From contig CM082596.2 of assembly GCA_040954595.2 (NCBI GenBank), forward strand, positions 9,008,361 through 9,072,360: a DNA stretch of 64,000 nucleotides, read 5' to 3'. The stretch is from Balanoglossus misakiensis (Eukaryota > Animalia > Hemichordata). This document shows, one piece after another, positions 50,985 through 63,500 of this stretch; position 1 is the first letter of the stretch, and each line of letters opens with the position of its first letter. The notes under the pieces are model-generated. The model saw nothing but the letters and a program-made list of their open reading frames with translations. It searched no databases and had not been told where the DNA came from. The position numbers were made by a program, and so were the translations under genes.

Positions 50985-53243
50985 TTATGCAAAACGATTG
51001 GGAATAAATCCCGTGTAATTGCTAAATGGATCAGGATATTTGTCCCTTATCTTCCACACACAACAGCTTGGTATCACTCTCCTATCGCCAACACCCAATC
51101 GACCATGCTGCCACAAGACAAACTGCAGATAGGCAGCATGTCGATTGGATCTGTTGAAGTCATCATCGTCACTTGTGGCCAACATATCATTACAGTATGC
51201 CCTTGAGATTGTCAGGATGGTTTCGTCAGGACATACATGATTGAATACCTGCAAGAAAACATTATTTATGTGATTATTTTCAAAACAAATTATCTATCAC
51301 AATTACAGAACGGTTTATTGATCTTTACAGAAAACATCTTTGTTTTTGTTGTTTTCTCATGGTTACTATCATGACATAAATAGTAGGTCACTTTCATTAC
51401 TTACTGATAATTGAGAAATACAAAACCACGGTTGTTTTCGGCAGTATGTTCTCTCTGGCTGAGATGGCATTTCCCGACAGTTATTACATACACACCAGTC
51501 TGGTGGGGAGGGTATTTGTGGTGGGTGGTACCCCTGTGGTGGTGTTGGGGGTGTCACCAGGTTAAAAAGCAAACCTGGACTATTTTCCACCATCCGTAGA
51601 AGGAGGTTATCTTTCACTTCTGGTGGCATTTGTGAAATCATTGCCTGCAAAAATAGAAAAATCGATGTGTGTTTTGTATGTTTATTAGCACAACATTACC
51701 ATGATATTACTAGTAGGTCACTTTCATGACCTCTTTTTGATCGAACATCTTGGTCTTTTTTGGTATGATATCAAACATCATTCAATGTTTAAAGACAACA
51801 TTCACCCTTTTGTTCTATGATCAGTTAGAGTGCACACATTCAATACTATGGTTGGTTTATCCCAAGTTAAAATTCAAAATGGTAAACTCAAACAATATGC
51901 AAGAACGAAAAGGTCGCATGAGGGTCATGAAAGTGGCCTATTGTCTGGCAGAACATTTTCATCTGTTTGTAACAGTAATTTGTTCTACCCACCTGTAAAG
52001 AAACTTTTCGTTGGTCAATATCATTTGCTCTTGTTTCTGGTAAATTCTGTTGACCTTGGCCTTGAGCTCCTCGTCCTCTCCCTCGTCCCCTTCCTCTCCC
52101 TCGTCCCCTTCCTCTCCCTCTACCACTCCCCCTGGCACTCTGCCCTCTCCTGGCTCTACCTCTTCCTCTGGTTTGTTCTGACTCATTTTCTGAGGAAGTT
52201 GATACTCTCTAATACAAAAATTAAAACAAAAAATAATAAATATATTTTTCTTTTACACAAGGAACATGCAGTATAGTCTAATCTGTATACCTATAACATG
52301 TTTATAAATAATTTGTATAGCCCGATATCTGGAATCTGGCCTTGTGCAGGAAGTTACCATGCGTTTACGCGTACGCGTTGCGTTCAGTGCGCAATAGTCG
52401 AGTGTTATGTTTGTTTTGGCTACGCCGCGGCCGCCATCACCCCCCCCCCCCCTTCAAAAATGCATGGATAAATGAAGTGCTGATATGCCAATTAGGTACT
52501 TTTCAAGGAAACAACGAAGAAACAAAAAAACAACAACAGAAATTTGGGTCGGGCGATCATAGCAAGGCATAAGCCTAGTGAGAAGTTGGGATGCGCGCGT
52601 CTGAAATAAACTCCGGAATGTTGGACGTGCAGTACAAATGGCTCGGCCGCGCATATACGAGTACAACCAGTACGAATTTTATCAGCTTTGGGATGCGAAT
52701 TTTATCAGCTTTGGGATGCGAGTTTTATAAGCTTTGAGATGAGAGTTTTATAAGCTTTGGGATGAGAGTTAAATTAAATTGGGATATACGTTGACTAATT
52801 TAGAGGGAATACAGCCTGTTGGGTAACTATGGTAAACAAAATATCGCCATAGGCCTAATCATGTTTCAAGTACAATTTCACTAAGACCGCAAATCGACAC
52901 TTTTTGGCGCGATCTCCGATAACGGAGGCTATTTTTCATTTTCATGTCCACAAGCTCTGATCACTGTGCTGAGGGGTCGTCGCGATCCTGCATTTTATTG
53001 TTATAGACCGCATAGGGTTGACACTGAATATACAAAATCTACACACAAAAAATGATGCAACAGTGGATTCAGCAACACTATTCGCGCATGATGATTCTTG
53101 GTAACGAACACTGGCATAGCCAGTTCACCCGTTATGACACATCAACATCTGTGATTTGTTTAAAACGTCTCAAAACAAAAGCGGAAAAAAATGGGTTGAC
53201 AACAACATCTACTTACGTCGTCGTTTGATAAAGTGGAATCCAT
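50985..53243 (-). CDS. KolX-like accessory protein with a P2X7 intracellular (ballast)-like Cys/His domain, convergent with the Kolobok transposase
   Basis: Probable exons 53243-53217 (MDSTLSNDD|gtaagt), about 52208-51993, 51645-51404, 51248-50985; [16 protein letters not shown] and [42 protein letters not shown]. Intactness across all exons not established. Confidence 0.72.
52673..52770. repeat. 23-bp minisatellite, about 4 copies
   Basis: gaattttatcagctttgggatgc and variants in tandem. Confidence 0.8.
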
Positions 53244-53530
53244 TTTGTTGTCTGCTGCCGTTGCCTAGCAGCGCCTGTAAGTCCCGCTAGATCCTGCTCT
53301 CGTACAAGAAATCACGGGCCATGACGTTGCGTTGTCTGCGTACCCTTGTCACGTGATTGTTTCAAAATGGCGGTAAAATTCAAATATCGGCGTTATCGCG
53401 ACAGAATTCAATCCAACGAATCCATCGCCAATAAAAAACAACTTACACTTTAAAGTGAATATGGATGATTTGCCGTGATTGGAAACGTTTCCCCCGAAGC
53501 TTGGGACTTCCACAGAGATTGGGACTTTAA

Positions 53531-53715
53531 AGGTGCATGGTCACCTCTAACTTACATATTCCCATATATGGCTGAAATGGCATATCCGAGTGTTGTAAAG
53601 AACATATGGTGGCATTCTTTTTTACGCATGTGCCAACCACTGAAAATATGTGATTGGTTAAATTTAAATTTGCCATGGTAACAGTAGCTTAATGCGCATA
53701 GGTGACCGTATACCT
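53531..53715. mobile_element. 185-bp Kolobok-type MITE with TTAA TSD
   Basis: ttaa|aggtgcatggtcacct ... aggtgaccgtatacct|ttaa (13/16 TIR match). Confidence 0.7.
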
Positions 53716-54477
53716 TTAACACGTACATCTCCAGTTCCCCAAATCCATTGCAAATTGATACTGCTTGTATTCTAGCCAAGATCTTGTGTCTCTGACCTCT
53801 AGAATATCAAGCAATGAGCAGTGGATGTTGGGAAATGAGGCATGTGCCCTTCCAGCTTCCAATCGGAATGGGCACAATGTTCGCAAGTCTCTCAAAATGG
53901 TTTTTTCATCATTATGTAAAGAAGCAACTGTGTGCCGGCGATGGTGTTTTATCACATTGGAAGTTTGATCAAATTGACACACACCTCTTGGATGCCTGCA
54001 AGAGCCTTTGTTCTTGTTGTGATGTTCTTTTCTGTTTTACCAGAAAACATGTGTTTCAGGTGCTTTTTGGTCACATTAACCATCCATTCCATGCGTTCAT
54101 CAGCTGGAATATGACTGTCAATCTTTCCTGTGGTGTTCACAAAGAGACCATAGAATTCTTCATGAGCAGCACGGACTGACAGTGTACACAATTGATGTAC
54201 AAGTAACCTGACAATTTCATACGCATATTTTGACAGATTGTTATTTGCTTTAAAAAAAGCATCACAACTTTCAACAACCTGATACCTCGATCACGATCTG
54301 GAAACTTGATTAGATCAAGTAAGTCCTTGAACATAAGACCCAGTTCTAGAACTGTGTGTCCATAGTTCTTGATATAATCTTGTTCACTAGGGCCACTTTG
54401 GCGTTTCTTTGTTGACTGTAGCAGAAGCTGAATTTGCTCTCCATTGGTCAGCGTCAGATTTATCACTTCACCTTGTT
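53716..54477 (-). pseudogene. Last exon of an Academ-type (DUF6589-like) transposase, two frameshifts
   Basis: Acceptor tgttgcag at 54478; DYIKNYG..LELGLMFKDLLDLIKFPDRDR.IRLLK...SKYAYE...LSVRAAHEEFYGLFVNTTG...IPADERMEWMV...KHHRRH...PF....GRAHASF. Upstream exons must lie beyond the satellite. Confidence 0.72.
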
Positions 54478-54552
54478 CTGCAACACAAAAAGTAAAACTG
54501 ACTTTAAACATGTAATGCTTCTCAATTGTTAAATTTTTCAAGAACAAGAACA

Positions 54553-57500
54553 GGTCTTACCCGTCATTGGCACAAACAGTCTCAGGAAGTAAGCTTTCAG
54601 CCTACCAATGTAGCTATTATATTTTCCACTTTTTGTAAGTGAAGCCTGACTGTCGCCTGTCTTAGGTCACCACTTCATAAGTGGTCTTACCCGTCATTGG
54701 CACAAACAGTCTCAGGAAGTAAGCTAACAGCCTACCAATGTAGCTATTGTATTTTCCACTTTTTTTAAGTGAAGCCTGACTGTCGCCTGTCTTAGGTCAC
54801 CACTTCATAAGCGGTCTTACCCGTCATTGGCACAAACAGTCTCAGGAAGTAAGCTTTCAGCCTACCCATGTAGCTATTGTATTTTCCACTTTTTGTAAGT
54901 GAAGCCTGACTGTCGCCTGTCTTAGGTCACCACTTCATAAGCGGTCTTACCCATCATTGGCACAAACAGTCTCAGGAAGTAAGCTTTCAGCCTACCCATG
55001 TAGCTATTGTATTTTCCACTTTTTGTAAGTGAAGCCTGACTGCCGCCTGTCTTAGGTCACCACTTCATAAGCGGTCTTACCCGTCATTGGCACAAACAGT
55101 CTCAGGAAGTAAGCTTTCAGCCTACCCATGTAGCTATTGTATTTTCCACTTTTTGTAAGTGAAGCCTGACTGTCGCCTGTCTTAGGTCACCACTTCATAA
55201 GCGGTCTTACCCGTCATTGGCACAAACAGTCTCAGGAAGTAAGCTTTCAGCCTACCCATGTAGCTATTGTATTTTCCACTTTTTGTAAGTGAAGCCTGAC
55301 TGTCGCCTGTCTTAGGTCACCACTTCATAAGCGGTCTTACCCGTCATTGGCACAAACAGTCTCAGGAAGTAAGCTTTCAGCCTACCCATGTAGCTATTGT
55401 ATTTTCCACTTTTTGTAAGTGAAGCCTGACTGTCGCCTGTCTTAGGTCACCACTTCATAAGCGGTCTTACCCGTCATTGGCACAAACAGTCTCAGGAAGT
55501 AAGCTTTCAGCCTACCCATGTAGCTATTGTATTTTCCACTTTTTGTAAGTGAAGCCTGACTGTCGCCTGTCTTAGGTCACCACTTCATAAGCGGTCTTAC
55601 CCGTCATTGGCACAAACAGTCTCAGGAAGTAAGCTTTCAGCCTACCCATGTAGCTATTGTATTTTCCACTTTTTGTAAGTGAAGCCTGACTGTCGCCTGT
55701 CTTAGGTCACCACTTCATAAGCAGTCTTACCCGTCATTAGCACAAACAGTCTCAGGAAGTAAGCTTTCAGCCTACCCATGTAGCTATTGTATTTTCCACT
55801 TTTTGTAAGTGAAGCCTGACTGTCGCCTGTCTTAGGTCACCACTTCATAAGCGGTCTTACCCGTCATTGGCACAAACAGTCTCAGGAAGTAAGCTTTCAG
55901 CCTACCCATGTAGCTATTGTATTTTCCACTTTTTGTAAGTGAAGCCTGACTGTCGCCTGTCTTAGGTCACCACTTCATAAGCAGTCTTACCCGTCATTAG
56001 CACAAACAGTCTCAGGAAGTAAGCTTTCAGCCTACCCATGTAGCTATTGTATTTTCCACTTTTTGTAAGTGAAGCCTGACTGTCGCCTGTCTTAGGTCAC
56101 CACTTCATAAGCGGTCTTACCCGTCATTGGCACAAACAGTCTCAGGAAGTAAGCTTTCAGCCTACCCATGTAGCTATTGTATTTTTCACTTTTTGTAAGT
56201 GAAGCCTGACTGTCGCCTGTCTTAGGTCACCACTTCATAAGCAGTCTTACCCGTCATTAGCACAAACAGTCTCAGGAAGTAAGCTTTCAGCCTACCAATG
56301 TAGCTATTGTATTTTCCACTTTTTGTAAGTGAAGCCTGACTGTCGCCTGTCTTAGGTCACCACTTCATAAGCGGTCTTACCCGTCATTGGCACAAACAGT
56401 CTCAGGAAGTAAGCTTTCAGCCTACCCATGTAGCTATTGTATTTTCCACTTTTTGTAAGTGAAGCCTGACTGTCGCCTGTCTTAGGTCACCACTTCATAA
56501 GCGGTCTTACCCGTCATTGGCACAAACAGTCTCAGGAAGTAAGCTTTCAGCCTACCCATGTAGCTATTGTATTTTCCACTTTTTGTAAGTGAAGCCTGAC
56601 TGTCGCCTGTCTTAGGTCACCACTTCATAAGCGGTCTTACCCGTCATTGGCACAAACAGTCTCAGGAAGTAAGCTTTCAGCCTACCAATGTAGCTATTAT
56701 ATTTTCCACTTTTTGTAAGTGAAGCCTGACTGTCGCCTGTCTTAGGTCACCACTTCATAAGTGGTCTTACCCGTCATTGGCACAAACAGTCTCAGGAAGT
56801 AAGCTAACAGCCTACCAATGTAGCTATTGTATTTTCCACTTTTTTTAAGTGAAGCCTGACTGTCGCCTGTCTTAGGTCACCACTTCATAAGCGGTCTTAC
56901 CCGTCATTGGCACAAACAGTCTCAGGAAGTAAGCTTTCAGCCTACCCATGTAGCTATTGTATTTTCCACTTTTTGTAAGTGAAGCCTGACTGTCGCCTGT
57001 CTTAGGTCACCACTTCATAAGCGGTCTTACCCATCATTGGCACAAACAGTCTCAGGAAGTAAGCTTTCAGCCTACCCATGTAGCTATTGTATTTTCCACT
57101 TTTTGTAAGTGAAGCCTGACTGCCGCCTGTCTTAGGTCACCACTTCATAAGCGGTCTTACCCGTCATTGGCACAAACAGTCTCAGGAAGTAAGCTTTCAG
57201 CCTACCCATGTAGCTATTGTATTTTCCACTTTTTGTAAGTGAAGCCTGACTGTCGCCTGTCTTAGGTCACCACTTCATAAGCGGTCTTACCCGTCATTGG
57301 CACAAACAGTCTCAGGAAGTAAGCTTTCAGCCTACCCATGTAGCTATTGTATTTTCCACTTTTTGTAAGTGAAGCCTGACTGTCGCCTGTCTTAGGTCAC
57401 CACTTCATAAGCGGTCTTACCCGTCATTGGCACAAACAGTCTCAGGAAGTAAGCTTTCAGCCTACCCATGTAGCTATTGTATTTTCCACTTTTTGTAAGT

Positions 57501-60500
57501 GAAGCCTGACTGTCGCCTGTCTTAGGTCACCACTTCATAAGCGGTCTTACCCGTCATTGGCACAAACAGTCTCAGGAAGTAAGCTTTCAGCCTACCCATG
57601 TAGCTATTGTATTTTCCACTTTTTGTAAGTGAAGCCTGACTGTCGCCTGTCTTAGGTCACCACTTCATAAGCAGTCTTACCCGTCATTAGCACAAACAGT
57701 CTCAGGAAGTAAGCTTTCAGCCTACCCATGTAGCTATTGTATTTTCCACTTTTTGTAAGTGAAGCCTGACTGTCGCCTGTCTTAGGTCACCACTTCATAA
57801 GCGGTCTTACCCGTCATTGGCACAAACAGTCTCAGGAAGTAAGCTTTCAGCCTACCCATGTAGCTATTGTATTTTCCACTTTTTGTAAGTGAAGCCTGAC
57901 TGTCGCCTGTCTTAGGTCACCACTTCATAAGCAGTCTTACCCGTCATTGGCACAAACAGTCTCAGGAAGTAAGCTTTCAGCCTACCCATGTAGCTATTGT
58001 ATTTTCCACTTTTTGTAAGTGAAGCCTGACTGTCGCCTGTCTTAGGTCACCTCTTCATAACCGGTCTTACCCGTCATTGGCACAAACAGTCTCAGGAAGT
58101 AAGCTTTCAGCCTACCCATGTAGCTATTGTATTTTCCACTTTTTGTAAGTGAAGCCTGACTGTCGCCTGTCTTAGGTCACCACTTCATAAGCGGTCTTAC
58201 CCGTCATTGGCACAAACAGTCTCAGGAAGTAAGCTTTCAGCCTACCCATGTAGCTATTGTATTTTCCACTTTTTGTAAGTGAAGCCTGACTGTCGCCTGT
58301 CTTAGGTCACCACTTCATAAGCGGTCTTACCCGTCATTGGCACAAACAGTCTCAGGAAGTAAGCTTTCAGCCTACCCATGTAGCTATTGTATTTTCCACT
58401 TTTTGTAAGTGAAGCCTGACTGTCGCCTGTCTTAGGTCACCACTTCATAAGCGGTCTTACCCGTCATTGGCACAAACAGTCTCAGGAAGTAAGCTTTCAG
58501 CCTACCCATGTAGCTATTGTATTTTCCACTTTTTGTAAGTGAAGCCTGACTGTCGCCTGTCTTAGGTCACCACTTCATAAGCGGTCTTACCCGTCATTGG
58601 CACAAACAGTCTCAGGAAGTAAGCTTTCAGCCTACCCATGTAGCTATTGTATTTTCCACTTTTTGTAAGTGAAGCCTGACTGTCGCCTGTCTTAGGTCAC
58701 CACTTCATAAGCAGTCTTACCCGTCATTAGCACAAACAGTCTCAGGAAGTAAGCTTTCAGCCTACCCATGTAGCTATTGTATTTTCCACTTTTTGTAAGT
58801 GAAGCCTGACTGTCGCCTGTCTTAGGTCACCTCTTCATAAGCGGTCTTACCCGTCATTGGCACAAACAGTCTCAGGAAGTAAGCTTTCAGCCTACCCATG
58901 TAGCTATTGTATTTTCCACTTTTTGTAAGTGAAGCCTGACTGTCGCCTGTCTTAGGTCACCACTTCATAAGCGGTCTTACCCGTCATTGGCACAAACAGT
59001 CTCAGGAAGTAAGCTTTCAGCCTACCCATGTAGCTATTGTATTTTCCACTTTTTGTAAGTGAAGCCTGACTGTCGCCTGTCTTAGGTCACCACTTCATAA
59101 GCGGTCTTACCCGTCATTGGCACAAACAGTCTCAGGAAGTAAGCTTTCAGCCTACCCATGTAGCTATTGTATTTTCCACTTTTTGTAAGTGAAGCCTGAC
59201 TGTCGCCTGTCTTAGGTCACCACTTCATAAGCGGTCTTACCCGTCATTGGCACAAACAGTCTCAGGAAGTAAGCTTTCAGCCTACCCATGTAGCTATTGT
59301 ATTTTCCACTTTTTGTAAGTGAAGCCTGACTGTCGCCTGTCTTAGGTCACCACTTCATAAGCGGTCTTACCCGTCATTGGCACAAACAGTCTCAGGAAGT
59401 AAGCTTTCAGCCTACCCATGTAGCTATTGTATTTTCCACTTTTTGTAAGTGAAGCCTGACTGTCGCCTGTCTTAGGTCACCACTTCATAAGCGGTCTTAC
59501 CCGTCATTGGCACAAACAGTCTCAGGAAGTAAGCTTTCAGCCTACCCATGTAGCTATTGTATTTTCCACTTTTTGTAAGTGAAGCCTGACTGTCGCCTGT
59601 CTTAGGTCACCACTTCATAAGCGGTCTTACCCGTCATTGGCACAAACAGTCTCAGGAAGTAAGCTTTCAGCCTACCCATGTAGCTATTGTATTTTCCACT
59701 TTTTGTAAGTGAAGCCTGACTGTCGCCTGTCTTAGGTCACCACTTCATAAGCGGTCTTACCCGTCATTGGCACAAACAGTCTCAGGAAGTAAGCTTTCAG
59801 CCTACCCATGTAGCTATTGTATTTTCCACTTTTTGTAAGTGAAGCCTGACTGTCGCCTGTCTTAGGTCACCACTTCATAAGCGGTCTTACCCGTCATTGG
59901 CACAAACAGTCTCAGGAAGTAAGCTTTCAGCCTACCCATGTAGCTATTGTATTTTCCACTTTTTGTAAGTGAAGCCTGACTGTCGCCTGTCTTAGGTCAC
60001 CACTTCATAAGCGGTCTTACCCGTCATTGGCACAAACAGTCTCAGGAAGTAAGCTTTCAGCCTACCCATGTAGCTATTGTATTTTCCACTTTTTGTAAGT
60101 GAAGCCTGACTGTCGCCTGTCTTAGGTCACCACTTCATAAGCGGTCTTACCCGTCATTGGCACAAACAGTCTCAGGAAGTAAGCTTTCAGCCTACCCATG
60201 TAGCTATTGTATTTTCCACTTTTTGTAAGTGAAGCCTGACTGTCGCCTGTCTTAGGTCACCACTTCATAAGCGGTCTTACCCGTCATTGGCACAAACAGT
60301 CTCAGGAAGTAAGCTTTCAGCCTACCCATGTAGCTATTGTATTTTCCACTTTTTGTAAGTGAAGCCTGACTGTCGCCTGTCTTAGGTCACCACTTCATAA
60401 GCGGTCTTACCCGTCATTGGCACAAACAGTCTCAGGAAGTAAGCTTTCAGCCTACCCATGTAGCTATTGTATTTTCCACTTTTTGTAAGTGAAGCCTGAC

Positions 60501-63500
60501 TGTCGCCTGTCTTAGGTCACCACTTCATAAGCGGTCTTACCCGTCATTGGCACAAACAGTCTCAGGAAGTAAGCTTTCAGCCTACCCATGTAGCTATTGT
60601 ATTTTCCACTTTTTGTAAGTGAAGCCTGACTGTCGCCTGTCTTAGGTCACCACTTCATAAGCGGTCTTACCCGTCATTGGCACAAACAGTCTCAGGAAGT
60701 AAGCTTTCAGCCTACCCATGTAGCTATTGTATTTTCCACTTTTTGTAAGTGAAGCCTGACTGTCGCCTGTCTTAGGTCACCACTTCATAAGCGGTCTTAC
60801 CCGTCATTGGCACAAACAGTCTCAGGAAGTAAGCTTTCAGCCTACCCATGTAGCTATTGTATTTTCCACTTTTTGTAAGTGAAGCCTGACTGTCGCCTGT
60901 CTTAGGTCACCACTTCATAAGCGGTCTTACCCGTCATTGGCACAAACAGTCTCAGGAAGTAAGCTTTCAGCCTACCCATGTAGCTATTGTATTTTCCACT
61001 TTTTGTAAGTGAAGCCTGACTGTCGCCTGTCTTAGGTCACCACTTCATAAGCGGTCTTACCCGTCATTGGCACAAACAGTCTCAGGAAGTAAGCTTTCAG
61101 CCTACCCATGTAGCTATTGTATTTTCCACTTTTTGTAAGTGAAGCCTGACTGTCGCCTGTCTTAGGTCACCACTTCATAAGCGGTCTTACCCGTCATTGG
61201 CACAAACAGTCTCAGGAAGTAAGCTTTCAGCCTACCCATGTAGCTATTGTATTTTCCACTTTTTGTAAGTGAAGCCTGACTGTCGCCTGTCTTAGGTCAC
61301 CACTTCATAAGCGGTCTTACCCGTCATTGGCACAAACAGTCTCAGGAAGTAAGCTTTCAGCCTACCCATGTAGCTATTGTATTTTCCACTTTTTGTAAGT
61401 GAAGCCTGACTGTCGCCTGTCTTAGGTCACCACTTCATAAGCGGTCTTACCCGTCATTGGCACAAACAGTCTCAGGAAGTAAGCTTTCAGCCTACCCATG
61501 TAGCTATTGTATTTTCCACTTTTTGTAAGTGAAGCCTGACTGTCGCCTGTCTTAGGTCACCACTTCATAAGCGGTCTTACCCGTCATTGGCACAAACAGT
61601 CTCAGGAAGTAAGCTTTCAGCCTACCCATGTAGCTATTGTATTTTCCACTTTTTGTAAGTGAAGCCTGACTGTCGCCTGTCTTAGGTCACCACTTCATAA
61701 GCGGTCTTACCCGTCATTGGCACAAACAGTCTCAGGAAGTAAGCTTTCAGCCTACCCATGTAGCTATTGTATTTTCCACTTTTTGTAAGTGAAGCCTGAC
61801 TGTCGCCTGTCTTAGGTCACCACTTCATAAGCGGTCTTACCCGTCATTGGCACAAACAGTCTCAGGAAGTAAGCTTTCAGCCTACCCATGTAGCTATTGT
61901 ATTTTCCACTTTTTGTAAGTGAAGCCTGACTGTCGCCTGTCTTAGGTCACCACTTCATAAGCGGTCTTACCCGTCATTGGCACAAACAGTCTCAGGAAGT
62001 AAGCTTTCAGCCTACCCATGTAGCTATTGTATTTTCCACTTTTTGTAAGTGAAGCCTGACTGTCGCCTGTCTTAGGTCACCACTTCATAAGCGGTCTTAC
62101 CCGTCATTGGCACAAACAGTCTCAGGAAGTAAGCTTTCAGCCTACCCATGTAGCTATTGTATTTTCCACTTTTTGTAAGTGAAGCCTGACTGTCGCCTGT
62201 CTTAGGTCACCACTTCATAAGCGGTCTTACCCGTCATTGGCACAAACAGTCTCAGGAAGTAAGCTTTCAGCCTACCCATGTAGCTATTGTATTTTCCACT
62301 TTTTGTAAGTGAAGCCTGACTGTCGCCTGTCTTAGGTCACCACTTCATAAGCGGTCTTACCCGTCATTGGCACAAACAGTCTCAGGAAGTAAGCTTTCAG
62401 CCTACCCATGTAGCTATTGTATTTTCCACTTTTTGTAAGTGAAGCCTGACTGTCGCCTGTCTTAGGTCACCACTTCATAAGCGGTCTTACCCGTCATTGG
62501 CACAAACAGTCTCAGGAAGTAAGCTTTCAGCCTACCCATGTAGCTATTGTATTTTCCACTTTTTGTAAGTGAAGCCTGACTGTCGCCTGTCTTAGGTCAC
62601 CACTTCATAAGCGGTCTTACCCGTCATTGGCACAAACAGTCTCAGGAAGTAAGCTTTCAGCCTACCCATGTAGCTATTGTATTTTCCACTTTTTGTAAGT
62701 GAAGCCTGACTGTCGCCTGTCTTAGGTCACCACTTCATAAGCGGTCTTACCCGTCATTGGCACAAACAGTCTCAGGAAGTAAGCTTTCAGCCTACCCATG
62801 TAGCTATTGTATTTTCCACTTTTTGTAAGTGAAGCCTGACTGTCGCCTGTCTTAGGTCACCACTTCATAAGCGGTCTTACCCGTCATTGGCACAAACAGT
62901 CTCAGGAAGTAAGCTTTCAGCCTACCCATGTAGCTATTGTATTTTCCACTTTTTGTAAGTGAAGCCTGACTGTCGCCTGTCTTAGGTCACCACTTCATAA
63001 GCGGTCTTACCCGTCATTGGCACAAACAGTCTCAGGAAGTAAGCTTTCAGCCTACCCATGTAGCTATTGTATTTTCCACTTTTTGTAAGTGAAGCCTGAC
63101 TGTCGCCTGTCTTAGGTCACCACTTCATAAGCGGTCTTACCCGTCATTGGCACAAACAGTCTCAGGAAGTAAGCTTTCAGCCTACCCATGTAGCTATTGT
63201 ATTTTCCACTTTTTGTAAGTGAAGCCTGACTGTCGCCTGTCTTAGGTCACCACTTCATAAGCGGTCTTACCCGTCATTGGCACAAACAGTCTCAGGAAGT
63301 AAGCTTTCAGCCTACCCATGTAGCTATTGTATTTTCCACTTTTTGTAAGTGAAGCCTGACTGTCGCCTGTCTTAGGTCACCACTTCATAAGCGGTCTTAC
63401 CCGTCATTGGCACAAACAGTCTCAGGAAGTAAGCTTTCAGCCTACCCATGTAGCTATTGTATTTTCCACTTTTTGTAAGTGAAGCCTGACTGTTCCGTCT

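Larger units (their letters stand above)
39118..54552. mobile_element. Decayed AcademH-like autonomous transposon (convergent helicase and transposase), termini not visible
   Basis: RecQ-like helicase and Academ-like transposase on opposite strands; several 9-10-bp-TSD TAG...CTA derivatives in the window. Confidence 0.65.

Noticed and set aside
50985-51650. Host P2X7 receptor
   Set aside because: No transmembrane or ectodomain exons; paired with a DDE transposase.
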